Notes under the pieces: generated by a model
Database searches by the model: none
The model's input: the letters and a program-made list of their open reading frames with translations, nothing else
Told to the model about the DNA's origin: nothing
Shown: piece after piece, positions 24,274 through 33,300 of the stretch
How the letters are laid out: each line of letters begins with the position of its first letter
Numbering within the stretch: the first letter of the stretch is position 1
Assembly (NCBI GenBank): GCA_964488505.1
Contig: CAZAUI010000002.1
Coordinates: 3,722-67,721, forward strand
Direction of reading: 5' to 3'
Source: an uncultured Thermoplasmata archaeon
GTDB taxonomy: Archaea > Thermoplasmatota > Thermoplasmata > UBA10834
Length of the DNA stretch: 64,000 bases
Program-made: the position numbers and the translations under genes

Positions 24274-25737
24274 ATGGACGCGAAGTTCAAACCCGGCAAG
24301 TTCGGCATGAAGCGGCTCCAGGTCATGGACCCGAAGGACGCGGACGCGGTCCACCTCAAGTCCCTGCGGCTCCTGGAGAAGATGGGCATCAAGGTCGTGA
24401 GCGAGGAGGGCCGGAGGCTCCTCAAGGAGGCCGGGGCCGAGGTCGACGAGAAGACCCATGTCTGCAAGATACCCGGCAGCCTGGTCGAGGAGTCGCTCAG
24501 GAAGTGCCAGCGGCCCGTGAGGATGGCCGCGCGCAACCCGGAGTACGACTTCGTCCTGGACGGCGAGCACTGCTACGCGTGCACGGACGGCGTCGGCCTG
24601 GCGACCATAGACCTCGACACGGGCGAGAGGAGGCCGTCCACGCTCAAGGACGTCGCGGACTCCGCCAAGATAGTCGACAGCCTGCCGATGATGCACATGT
24701 ACAATCCTCTGGTCACGCCTCTGGACGTGCCGAAGCACGCGCACACGGTGCACGAGTACCTGGTCTCGCTGGAGAACTGCGAGAAGCACTACACGACCGG
24801 CTCCACCTACCAGAAGGAGGAGGCCGTTTACGAGATCGAGATGGCGAGGGCCGTCGTGGGCGGCGAGGAGGAACTGAGGAAGAGGCCGATCATATCGAGC
24901 CTCACGTGCACGACCTCACCGATGGTGCTGGGGATGACGACCGACGCGGCGTTAGAGTTCTCGCGCGCCGGCTGCCCGCCGCTGCTGATGGCCATGCCGC
25001 TGATAGGCGCGACCGCGCCGATGACCGTGGCCGGGGCCGTCGTCCTGGGGAACGCCCAGGTGATAGCCCTCGCGACCGTGCTCCAGCTCGCGGCCCCCGG
25101 GTCGCCGCTGTGCTACTCCAGCGAGCCGATGGCGATGGACGTCCAGAGCGGCCTGTTCGAGGGGCTGTTCCCCGCGGCGAACATGGTGCGGGCGGCGCAT
25201 GTGCAGATGGCGAAGCGCTACGGGATACCGATATTCATAGGCGGCTGGGGCACCTGCTCGAAGGCGCCGGACGCGCAGGCGGGGTACGAGAAGGCCTTCT
25301 CGGCGTTCATAGCGTACCTGAGCGGCGCGGACATGACCTCGGGTCCCGGGCTGCTGGAGAACTGGACCGTGCTGTCTTTCGAGCAGCTCCTGATAGACCA
25401 CGAGATGTTCACGATGATGGCGGACATGCTGAAAGGGTTCCCCGTGGACGACGACACCGTGCCCTTCGATGTGATAGCAGGGGTGGGGCACGAGGGACAC
25501 TACATGGGCAAGAAGCACACGCTGGACCACTTCAGGGAGATGTGGCAGCCCGTGGTCACGGACGGACGCACGTACAAGGAGTGGAAGGCCGGAGGAGGCA
25601 AGAACGCGGTCGACCACGCCCGGGACAGGGCCAAGGAGATATTGAGGACGCACGTGCCGGGACCTCTCGACGAGGACCTCAGGAAGGACCTGAAGGCGTT
25701 GGTCGCCGAGGCCGAGGTCGGGATACCGCACAAGTGA
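24274..25737 (+). CDS. MttB-superfamily corrinoid methyltransferase, non-pyrrolysine type (second, diverged paralog)
   Basis: 487 aa starting 4 nt after the corrinoid gene stop: LQVMDPKDADAVHLKSLRLLEKMGIKV..., TGERRPSTLKDVADSAKIVDSL, LRKRPIISSLTCTTSPMVL, GCPPLLMAMPLIGATAPMT, APGSPLCYSSEPMAMDVQSG, QMAKRYGIP, GHEGHYMGKKHTL. There is no in-frame TAG. Confidence 0.9.
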   Translation: MDAKFKPGKFGMKRLQVMDPKDADAVHLKSLRLLEKMGIKVVSEEGRRLLKEAGAEVDEKTHVCKIPGSLVEESLRKCQRPVRMAARNPEYDFVLDGEHCYACTDGVGLATIDLDTGERRPSTLKDVADSAKIVDSLPMMHMYNPLVTPLDVPKHAHTVHEYLVSLENCEKHYTTGSTYQKEEAVYEIEMARAVVGGEEELRKRPIISSLTCTTSPMVLGMTTDAALEFSRAGCPPLLMAMPLIGATAPMTVAGAVVLGNAQVIALATVLQLAAPGSPLCYSSEPMAMDVQSGLFEGLFPAANMVRAAHVQMAKRYGIPIFIGGWGTCSKAPDAQAGYEKAFSAFIAYLSGADMTSGPGLLENWTVLSFEQLLIDHEMFTMMADMLKGFPVDDDTVPFDVIAGVGHEGHYMGKKHTLDHFREMWQPVVTDGRTYKEWKAGGGKNAVDHARDRAKEILRTHVPGPLDEDLRKDLKALVAEAEVGIPHK

Positions 25738-25766
25738 GCGCCCCGCCCAAACCACTTCTCGAAACC

Positions 25767-27707
25767 CTAACCTGCCTTCTGTTCCTGCGGGGTTCCCGCG
25801 AGCCTGTAGCTGCCCTTGGGCACGATAATCTCGAACCTGGCGCCCTTGTCCGGCTCGCCGGTCTCCCTGATGGCGATGTTGGTCATCGCGAGGATCGCGC
25901 GCGACAGGTAAAGGCCGAAGCCCGCCCTGCCCGTGGTCTTGTTCTTGACGCGCTCGAATATCAGGTTCTTCATCTCGGTGGGGACCCCGACGCCGTCGTC
26001 CTCGACGAATACCGCGAGGCCCTCTGGACGCACCTCGTACGAGAAGGTTATCTTCGTCGTCCTCTCGCCGTGCTTGACCGCGTTCTCCGCGAGGTTCCTG
26101 AGCACCCTGGGGAACATCGGGTCGGCGAGGACCTCCAGGCCCTGGAGCCTGTTGGACACCTTCGCGCCCTTCAGGTCGAGCCCGGGCAGGTGGGTGTCCA
26201 GGGCCATCTTGGCGTCTATCCACTGCGGGCGGGTCATGCCTATCTTCTCGTACATCCCCGTGAACTTCAGCTGCGCCTCGAGGACGTCGGTGGACTGCTT
26301 CATCTTCCCGAAGTACTTCCGCGCGTTCTCGTCCGACCAGTCCTCCTCGAGTATGGACAGCCAGCCCCTGAGCACGGCCAGCTGGTTGAGCGCGTCGTGG
26401 CGCGTGATCGAACCGAGTATCTTGAGCTTGTCGTTAGCGGCCTCCAGCTCCTTCGTGCGCTCGCGGACCTTGGCCTCCAGGTCGGTATACAGTTCGTCGA
26501 GGTCGGCGGCCATCGTGTTGAACGCCTGGGCGAGGTCGCCAAGCTCGTCCTTGTTCCTGATGCTGACGCGCTCGTCCAGGTGCCCAGCGGCCATCCTCTC
26601 GGTCGCCTGCTTCAGCATCTCGACCGGCCTCGTCACGTTCGCGGACAGCGCCAGCGCGACCGCGAGGAACACAAGGAGCAGGAGGATGGACATCGCGAGT
26701 ATCTCGGACCTGAGCACTATCACGGGCTCGAGCACCTCGGCGGCGTCATGGCTCATGAGGAAGACCCAGCTGGAGCCCTCGTACTCGATGTATCCCGGGG
26801 AGACCGCGTACGAGTACAGCCTCTCGCGCCCGGCCTCCTGCGATATGAAGTAGCCGGACTCGCCCTCGACCTGCTGCACGTAGACGTCCTCCGACATGTC
26901 ATCGTATGTCCTGAACGCGTGCGTGGAATAGACCAGGCGCATATCCGAGGTGAGTATGTCGACCTCGGTGGTCTCGTAGACACGTGTCTCGAACTGGGCC
27001 TCCATGACTATCTCGGTCGCGCCCACGAAGGCACGCATCACGCCTAGGAACCGGTCATCCGAGTCGACGACCTTGATGCTGATCGGTATGCCGTAGGCAC
27101 CCGTGGCGGGGTCGAGCTCCACCTCGCCGACGCACTTGCCATCCTCGACCGTCTCCTGCCACCACGCCTCGTCGCTCTGGAGGTAGTCGGGAGACTTGGA
27201 GGTCATAGCGACAATCGCGCCGTATTCGTTGGACACCTGGACCTCCCCGTACACATCGATGCCGTGCTCCCGGATGTAGTGCTCGTCCAGTCTGTTCGCG
27301 AGGTCCGAGGACAGGTTGTTCGAGAGGATGTCGAGCATGAACGTGGACAGCTCGTCATCGTCGAAGGACGTCCAGTCATCCTCCTGTTGGTCGATGTACA
27401 GCTGAGGGTCCGCCATCGCGTCGAACTCCGCGTTCGAGTCCGCGAGGGAGTTCCTCATGTTGTTGCCCATGGCGATTATGATCATCTCATGCAGTTTCGA
27501 GTATATGCCCCGGTCCACGGTCAACGCGAAGTGCCTTGCGAGGTCGACCGACTCGGAGCCTATGGCCTCCTCGAGCGACTGGCGGCTCGCTTCAACGCTG
27601 TAGACGGCCAGGGACAGGAACACTATGGCCAGGACCAGGAGCGATGTCACGAGCTTGGTCGAGATCCTGCTGGACCTCCTCCTGAGCCCGTTCCTCAGAG
27701 ATACCAA
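25767..27707 (-). CDS. Sensor histidine kinase (TM, Cache-like ectodomain, TM, HAMP, His-kinase)
   Basis: TM1 is LVTSLLVLAIVFLSLAVYSV. The ectodomain has Cache-like blocks (DEAWWQETVEDGK..., LDPATGAYGIPISIKVVDSDDRFLGVMRAFV). TM2 is ILAMSILLLLVFLAVALALS. HAMP is VTRPVEMLKQATERMAAGHLDERVSIRNKDELGDLAQAFNTMAADL. The H-box is ITRHDALNQL. The ATP-binding domain has NLAENAVKHG...VEDDGVGVP...GFGLYLSRAI. The start is TTG at 27705-27707 and overlaps the upstream SBP gene by 13 nt. Confidence 0.85.
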   Translation of the reverse strand: MVSLRNGLRRRSSRISTKLVTSLLVLAIVFLSLAVYSVEASRQSLEEAIGSESVDLARHFALTVDRGIYSKLHEMIIIAMGNNMRNSLADSNAEFDAMADPQLYIDQQEDDWTSFDDDELSTFMLDILSNNLSSDLANRLDEHYIREHGIDVYGEVQVSNEYGAIVAMTSKSPDYLQSDEAWWQETVEDGKCVGEVELDPATGAYGIPISIKVVDSDDRFLGVMRAFVGATEIVMEAQFETRVYETTEVDILTSDMRLVYSTHAFRTYDDMSEDVYVQQVEGESGYFISQEAGRERLYSYAVSPGYIEYEGSSWVFLMSHDAAEVLEPVIVLRSEILAMSILLLLVFLAVALALSANVTRPVEMLKQATERMAAGHLDERVSIRNKDELGDLAQAFNTMAADLDELYTDLEAKVRERTKELEAANDKLKILGSITRHDALNQLAVLRGWLSILEEDWSDENARKYFGKMKQSTDVLEAQLKFTGMYEKIGMTRPQWIDAKMALDTHLPGLDLKGAKVSNRLQGLEVLADPMFPRVLRNLAENAVKHGERTTKITFSYEVRPEGLAVFVEDDGVGVPTEMKNLIFERVKNKTTGRAGFGLYLSRAILAMTNIAIRETGEPDKGARFEIIVPKGSYRLAGTPQEQKAG

Positions 27708-28891
27708 AGTTGGCCCTCCACGACCTGGGCCCGCAGGAGGTCGTATTGGATGTCGTGGGAACCAGCAGCGACGGCGACGGGCCCGAGCACGCTGGCGTAT
27801 GAGAAGCCCCCGTGGAGCTGCGCCCGCATGTTGTCCCTGGTGAGCTCCTTGCCCTTCATCAGGCCGTAGATGAGGTTGACCGCGTCGTACCCGCTCACGG
27901 CGTAGTGGGTCATGTTGCGCCCATAGACCTGCATGAACTCCTCGGTCAGGGACTGCGCCGGGATGTAGTTCGGGTTGTAGACCGCAGGCGCGGACACATA
28001 CAGGCCTTCGGCCTCCGGCATCGCCGTTATGGTGGGGGTCGACGCGGCGCTGGACCCGAAGATATGGCCCGAGTAGCCGGACTCGCGCACAGCGACGAGA
28101 CCTGCGATGGTGGCCTTGAAGTCCGCCGCGATGTATATCGCTTCGTTGTCCGCCAGCTGGTCGACCTTGGCCGTTATGTCTTCATCCTTGCAGCAGTAGT
28201 CGACCACCTCGGCGGTCCCTCCGGCCAGCTCGAAGGCCTCGGCCAGATGAGCGGCGATCTCTTCACCCATGACGTTGTCGGACCGCATGATGCCCAGAGT
28301 GGTCACGTTGAGAGAGTCGAGCATGGACAGAGCGGGCGCCACCTCCTTCTCCGTCCCGGGGTAGTACCTGAAAGACCAGTTGCTCTCCTCGAACCCTAGC
28401 GCGTTCGCGGTCGCGATCCCCACCAGGGGGACCTCGTACTGCTCCGCGAGAGGGATCAAGGGCCTCGTGCAGCTGCACGCGGCGGATATGTAGATGAGAG
28501 GATGCTCGTCGCGCTCAAGCTCCTCGAAGAGCGCGACCGATACGTTCGGGTCGGAGCCGCTGTCCCTGACGACGATCTCTATCATCGCGCCGTTGAGGCC
28601 GCCCCACCTGTTCAGCTTGTCCGCCGCTAGGTTCATGCCGTCCACGACGTCCGCCAGGTGCACGCTCGAGCCAGTCAGGGGAGCTATGACGCCTATCTTG
28701 ACCGTCTCCTCGGCCGCGAAGAAGCCCTGGAGGTACACCGCGACGATGATCGCGGAGACGACCACGGCCAGTATGGCCACACGATATGTCCGTAGGGTGC
28801 GCGGCGGGCCGCGAACGGGGCTCGCAGCGGGCGCTGTGGGCTCTTCCATGACCAAGTCTGTCCCCTCCATCACCGACTCATCCCTGGCCAA
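27695..28891 (-). CDS. Membrane-anchored type-1 periplasmic-binding-protein fold solute-binding protein (LivK/Peripla_BP_6-like)
   Basis: It has an N-terminal anchor (YRVAILAVVVSAIIVAVYLQGFFA). This is followed by VKIGVIAPLTGSSVHLADVVDGMNLAADKLNRWGGLNGAMIEIVVRDSGSDPNVSVALFEELER...PLVGIATANAL, typical of branched-chain amino acid / amide-type SBPs. The start is either TTG 28891 or ATG 28870. Confidence 0.8.
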   Translation of the reverse strand: MARDESVMEGTDLVMEEPTAPAASPVRGPPRTLRTYRVAILAVVVSAIIVAVYLQGFFAAEETVKIGVIAPLTGSSVHLADVVDGMNLAADKLNRWGGLNGAMIEIVVRDSGSDPNVSVALFEELERDEHPLIYISAACSCTRPLIPLAEQYEVPLVGIATANALGFEESNWSFRYYPGTEKEVAPALSMLDSLNVTTLGIMRSDNVMGEEIAAHLAEAFELAGGTAEVVDYCCKDEDITAKVDQLADNEAIYIAADFKATIAGLVAVRESGYSGHIFGSSAASTPTITAMPEAEGLYVSAPAVYNPNYIPAQSLTEEFMQVYGRNMTHYAVSGYDAVNLIYGLMKGKELTRDNMRAQLHGGFSYASVLGPVAVAAGSHDIQYDLLRAQVVEGQLWYL

Positions 28892-29020
28892 CGCATGACT
28901 GATGCTGGGAGGGAGGTCGGCATCACTGAATGTACATGTGGGAAATAAAGCCTTAGCGCCGTTTTATCCTTGGAAGGCGCACTCAGGGCACGGCCCCTGG
29001 AGAGGGCCGGCGAACGATGC

Positions 29021-29530
29021 TCAGAACTTGGCGAACTTGTCCTTCTTTGCACCGCAGATCGGACAGGCGTCCGGCGCCTCGCCCTCCATGGTGTAGCCGC
29101 AGACAGGGCACACGTGCAGCTGGCCCATGTCCACGTCCTTGCCCGCCTTGGCCGCCTCGAGGGCCCGCTCGTACTTCTTCACATGCACCTTTTCCGTTTC
29201 AAGCGCCCAGTGCATCGTCCTCACGGCAGCCTTTTCCTGCTGAAGGTTCGCGACCGCCTCGAACGCGGGGTACATCTCCTCGATCTCGTGGTTCTCGCCC
29301 TCGACCGCGTGCTCCAGGTTGGAGGCGGTGTCGAGCACGTTGCCCAGGACCTTCCAGTGGTTGACGGCGTGGACCTTCTCCGCCGCCGCGACGGCCCTGA
29401 ACAGCCTCGCCGTGTTGGGCTTCCCCTCGGTCTCGGCCTTGTCCGCCCATGCGCTGTACTTCATGTACGCCTGGCTCTCGCCTGCGTACGCCTCGCTCAG
29501 GTTGCGTTGGGTCATGTCGTGCATCTTCAT
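29021..29530 (-). CDS. rbr: Rubrerythrin
   Basis: The di-iron four-helix region has NLSEAYAGESQAYMKY, ...AAEKVHA..., EGENHEIEEMYP and LETEKVHVKKY. A C-terminal rubredoxin-like CPVCGYTMEGEAPDACPICGAKKDKF follows. Confidence 0.9.
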   Translation of the reverse strand: MKMHDMTQRNLSEAYAGESQAYMKYSAWADKAETEGKPNTARLFRAVAAAEKVHAVNHWKVLGNVLDTASNLEHAVEGENHEIEEMYPAFEAVANLQQEKAAVRTMHWALETEKVHVKKYERALEAAKAGKDVDMGQLHVCPVCGYTMEGEAPDACPICGAKKDKFAKF

Positions 29531-29657
29531 CGTCCTCCCTGTGGGAACCAGTGGCCGATTGAACGGGAAGGTGGCATAAAGAGGTTTTCCCGGCCTGGGA
29601 ACACTCAGGCAGAATGCTTACATAGTCCGCGGGGCCTCATCGGTGCCGGACGACCAC

Positions 29658-30206
29658 ATGGACCCGTTGATGCACCTGGTGCTGCCGCTCCTGTTCCTCC
29701 TCGCCATCAAGGTGGACGCCAGGAGGGCCGTCCTGCTGGCGCCCTTGGCTGTGCTGCCGGACCTGGACGCGCTGTTCGGGCTCCACAGGGCGCTCGGGCA
29801 CAGCTTCATACCCATACTCGTGGTGCCGATGGCGATCCTGGCGTTCTCGCATTTCAAGAGACCTGAGTGGATGCCTGCGGCAATCATAGCGCAGTTCTAC
29901 CTGGCCTCGCACGTGGTCCTCGACCTAGGAGGCGTCGCGTTCCTGTGGCCCTTTGTGGAGGACCAGTTCTTCCTCAGGTTCGCCGTGACCCTGAACGCCT
30001 CGGACGGGTTCGACATAGGCTTCGATGCGGACTGGGGCATGCAGGAGCTGGCCGAGATGGAGACGACCTACATCCTGTCGGAGTTCGGGTTCGCGCTGAT
30101 CCTGCTCGCCGTTCTGTCGGCAGCCGTGTTCAGGAAGGAGGTCGCCGCTGCCCTCGCGAAGGCGTGGTCCTTCGTCAGGACCCTGCCGGGGCTGCTCAAG
30201 CGCTGA
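29658..30206 (+). CDS. Membrane-bound metal-dependent hydrolase, YdjM/DUF457-like
   Basis: MDPLMHLVLPLLFLLAI...LAVLPDLDALFGLHRALGHSF...SHVVLDLGG, with 4-5 TM helices. ATG 29658 is preferred over GTG 29643. Confidence 0.7.
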   Translation: MDPLMHLVLPLLFLLAIKVDARRAVLLAPLAVLPDLDALFGLHRALGHSFIPILVVPMAILAFSHFKRPEWMPAAIIAQFYLASHVVLDLGGVAFLWPFVEDQFFLRFAVTLNASDGFDIGFDADWGMQELAEMETTYILSEFGFALILLAVLSAAVFRKEVAAALAKAWSFVRTLPGLLKR

Positions 30207-30330
30207 CCCGTGCCCGGACGTATATGAACCTATGCAGAGCCCGGGCGTGCTGGCCCCTCGAGAGGTTACCGCGCTGGAATGCCTGAGAGGGCCAGTAGCG
30301 TTATCAGAACCGATAACTCTGGGCCGACCG

Positions 30331-30338
30331 TATATATA
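30331..30338 (+). promoter_or_regulatory. TATA-box-like element upstream of the giant + strand gene
   Basis: tatatata at 30331-30338 lies ~55 nt upstream of the ATG at 30393. It is inside the longer 30279 ORF, which argues for the 30393 start. Confidence 0.4.
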
Positions 30339-30392
30339 GACCCGGCACGAGTTCTAACTAGATGCCGGCCAGCGGCATCGGTGTCACCTTCC

Positions 30393-33300
30393 ATGTCAAT
30401 CCCTTCGGAACATGCGGGCACGCACGAGGCCAAGACCACGCCCTCGGAGGCCCTCGCATCGTTCCTCGTCTGCGCGTTCATGCTGCTGTCCTCGCTCTCC
30501 ATCTTCTCAGGGGACGCGGTCTCCGACCCCGTGGTCGTGGACAACCCCGATGACACCCGCACGGTCGTCTGGGACTTCGACTCCCCGGACGGCTACCTGA
30601 TGACCGGCACCGAGCTGGTCGGCGGGGACGCCGTGCTGGAGTACCTGAACCTGACGGACGGCGACCACGAGTACGAGGACTACTCCGCCGGCACGCTGAC
30701 GAACGTGGACGTCGAGAGCATCCCCGGGTCGGCCATCATCGGCAGCGGGGGCCCTGTCGAAACCTATGTCTCCGAGCCGGGGCCGAACGTGACCGACTCA
30801 TACATCTCCGAGAACTGGCCGAACGACAACTACGGGGACGCCTCGGGCCTGTACCTGGACTCGGAGGCTGATAAGATGATGCGCATCGTCATGCAGTTCG
30901 ACGTATCCTCGATCCCGAGCATCGCGCACATAACGAACGCGACGCTCTGGCTGTACCAGCAGTCGGGGTCCAGGGGCGACGACATCGTGTGCAACGTGTA
31001 CAGCCTCTCCGTGCCCTTCGTCGAGTCCGAGGTGTCCTGGACCAGGAACGCGACGGCCTCCCCGTGGACGAACGCAGGCGGAGACTACGACAACTACTCT
31101 TACGGGACCCTCACGATCCCGATCCGACTCGGATGGCATGGCGCGGACCTATCCGAGCTCGTCGAGGCCTGGACCGACGGCGCTGTGACCAACAACGGGT
31201 TCATCCTGGTCCCAGAGCCCACGGTCAGCGACTGTCAGAAGGTCTTCCAGAGCTCGGACGACAACGAGCCCATCGAGCACGGACCCTGGCTCATAGTCAA
31301 CTACACGGTCCCTGCGAACGCGGGCATCATGGAGTCCAGGGTGATTGGCCCGGGCACCAACTCGACATTCACATCGGCATCCTACTACACATCGGCGCTC
31401 TCGCGCCTGGACGATGACTTCTCGGGCACGGCGGCCTTCCCCGAATGGAACTGGATGAACACACCCGCCGCTTACGACATCAACTCGACCACGCCGGGCA
31501 GGCTACACGTGACGGGTTCGCCGGAGACCGAGGCGCAGGACACGACGGTCACCTGCAACTTCATCCACCAGTCCGTCACCGGAGACTTCTCCGCGTCCAC
31601 GTACCTCGAGGACGGGTTCACGGAGATGACCATGGGTGCGGGCCTGCTGCTGTACGAGAGCAGCTCCGACTGGATGTACGTGGCAAAGGCGCAGTTCGCG
31701 ATGAACAGCAGGGTACAGGCGGTCGTCTGCCAGGGCGGCACGAGCACCTTGATGTCCGATATCGTCTGGCCGGAGTACTACAGCGCCCATCTGAAGATGG
31801 AGAGGAACTCGACAGGCGTATGGTTCTACGCGAGCACGGACGGTGAGTCGTACCAGCTGGTGTACAGCCATGAGTCCGGGACGCCGCTCGCTGACTGGCT
31901 GTCGGTCGGCCTCTTCGTATACTCCAACTCGTTGACCCAACCGGTCGTCGAGTTCGACCACTTCACAGTGGCGTTCTCCGAGATGCCTTCGGTGGAGGTC
32001 AAGGTGAGGTACGGCAACTCGACCCTGCTCTCTGACCCGTCCTGGGAGGACTGGGAGTCCGCATCGACCATCTCGAGCCCGGCGACCCTGGGCCAGACGG
32101 GCAAATACCTCCAGTACAGGGCATCCATATCATCCCCCGAGGACTGGTACACCCCGGTGTTCTCTGACTTCGACTGCTGGTACGGTATGTACCGCGACAG
32201 CGGGGTGATCACGACCCCTGAGCACGTGCCCACGGACTTCAGCTACTGGATAGGCATGACCACGAACGAGACGGACGACGGCGGGTATGTCATGTACAGG
32301 TACTCGACCGACGGCGGGGACACATGGCTCCCGGCCGGAACCGGCGGCTCGTACTCCATATCATCGATCGAACCGTCCTTCATGATAAGGGCCGAGGTCT
32401 ACACGTACGACACGCTGAGGTCCCCGCGCGTGCACTCCGTCTCCGCGACGCATGTGACGGCCGTGTCGTACCTCGAGGTCGTCGCGCCGTCCCAGGTCGT
32501 CGCCGGCGCGTCCTTCTCTGTCACCATCACGGCCAAGGACGGCTCGGACGACACGATGGTGCACTGGGACGGCGGCCTGCAGCTCATGGCGGTCGACCTC
32601 GACGGTACCACGCCCCTGCATCCGGACCTGGCAGAGACCGAGGCCTGGATCACGGATTACGGCTCGGTCACCATCCTGAACGAGCGGTACACGCAGGCCG
32701 GGGCCATCCTCATCAGGGTCGAGACGGAAGAGGGCGCGTTCGGGCTCAGCGGGGCCATCGAGGTCGTCCCGAGCACGATATCGTCCCTGCACATCGAGCC
32801 CACGGTTGACACGCTCCTGGAGGGCGCGCAGCAGGTGTTCACGGGGGTGGCTAGGGACGCGTACGGGAACACGCTCACGGACGTCAACTACTCGTGGTCC
32901 GTGGACGAGGACATAGGATCGCTCAACACCTACAACGGCAGCACGGTGATATTCACGGCAGGGGAGGCGGGGAACTCGGGATACCTGAGCGTGTCCGTCG
33001 AGGGGCTCACAGCGTCCCTGCTCATCACGATCACGCACACGGCGAACGCGCCTGTGTTCACTGAGGACCCGGCGGACCAGAGCGTCTACGAGGATGCGGG
33101 CTCGTGGACCATCGACCTGGCCCCGATCGTCGTGGACGCCGTCCACCAGGACTACGAACTCAGGTGGTACGCGACCGGAGAGAACGTCATCGACGTGAGC
33201 GGCGAGAACAGGACGGGGAACCTGGTCATGACGCTTAGCACGCTGCCCGACATCTCGGGGACGGATGTGCTCAACGTGGTCGTCGTGGACCCGGACGGCC

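Noticed and set aside
21753-25737. Looked for an in-frame amber (TAG) codon that would indicate pyrrolysine in either mttB-like gene.
   Set aside because: Both reading frames are continuous for their full ~487-aa length between conventional start and stop, so there is no read-through signal to call.
24504-27047. 847-aa + strand ORF spanning the second mttB-like gene (out of frame) and the antisense strand of the histidine kinase.
   Set aside because: Its composition is Arg/Gly/Pro/His-rich and of low complexity, with no motifs. It overlaps two genes that have clear family signatures. This is a typical stop-poor alternative frame in high-GC DNA.
30279-30392. Upstream 38 codons of the giant + strand ORF.
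   Set aside because: A tatatata element at 30331-30338 falls inside this extension. The hydrophobic signal-like segment follows the ATG at 30393.
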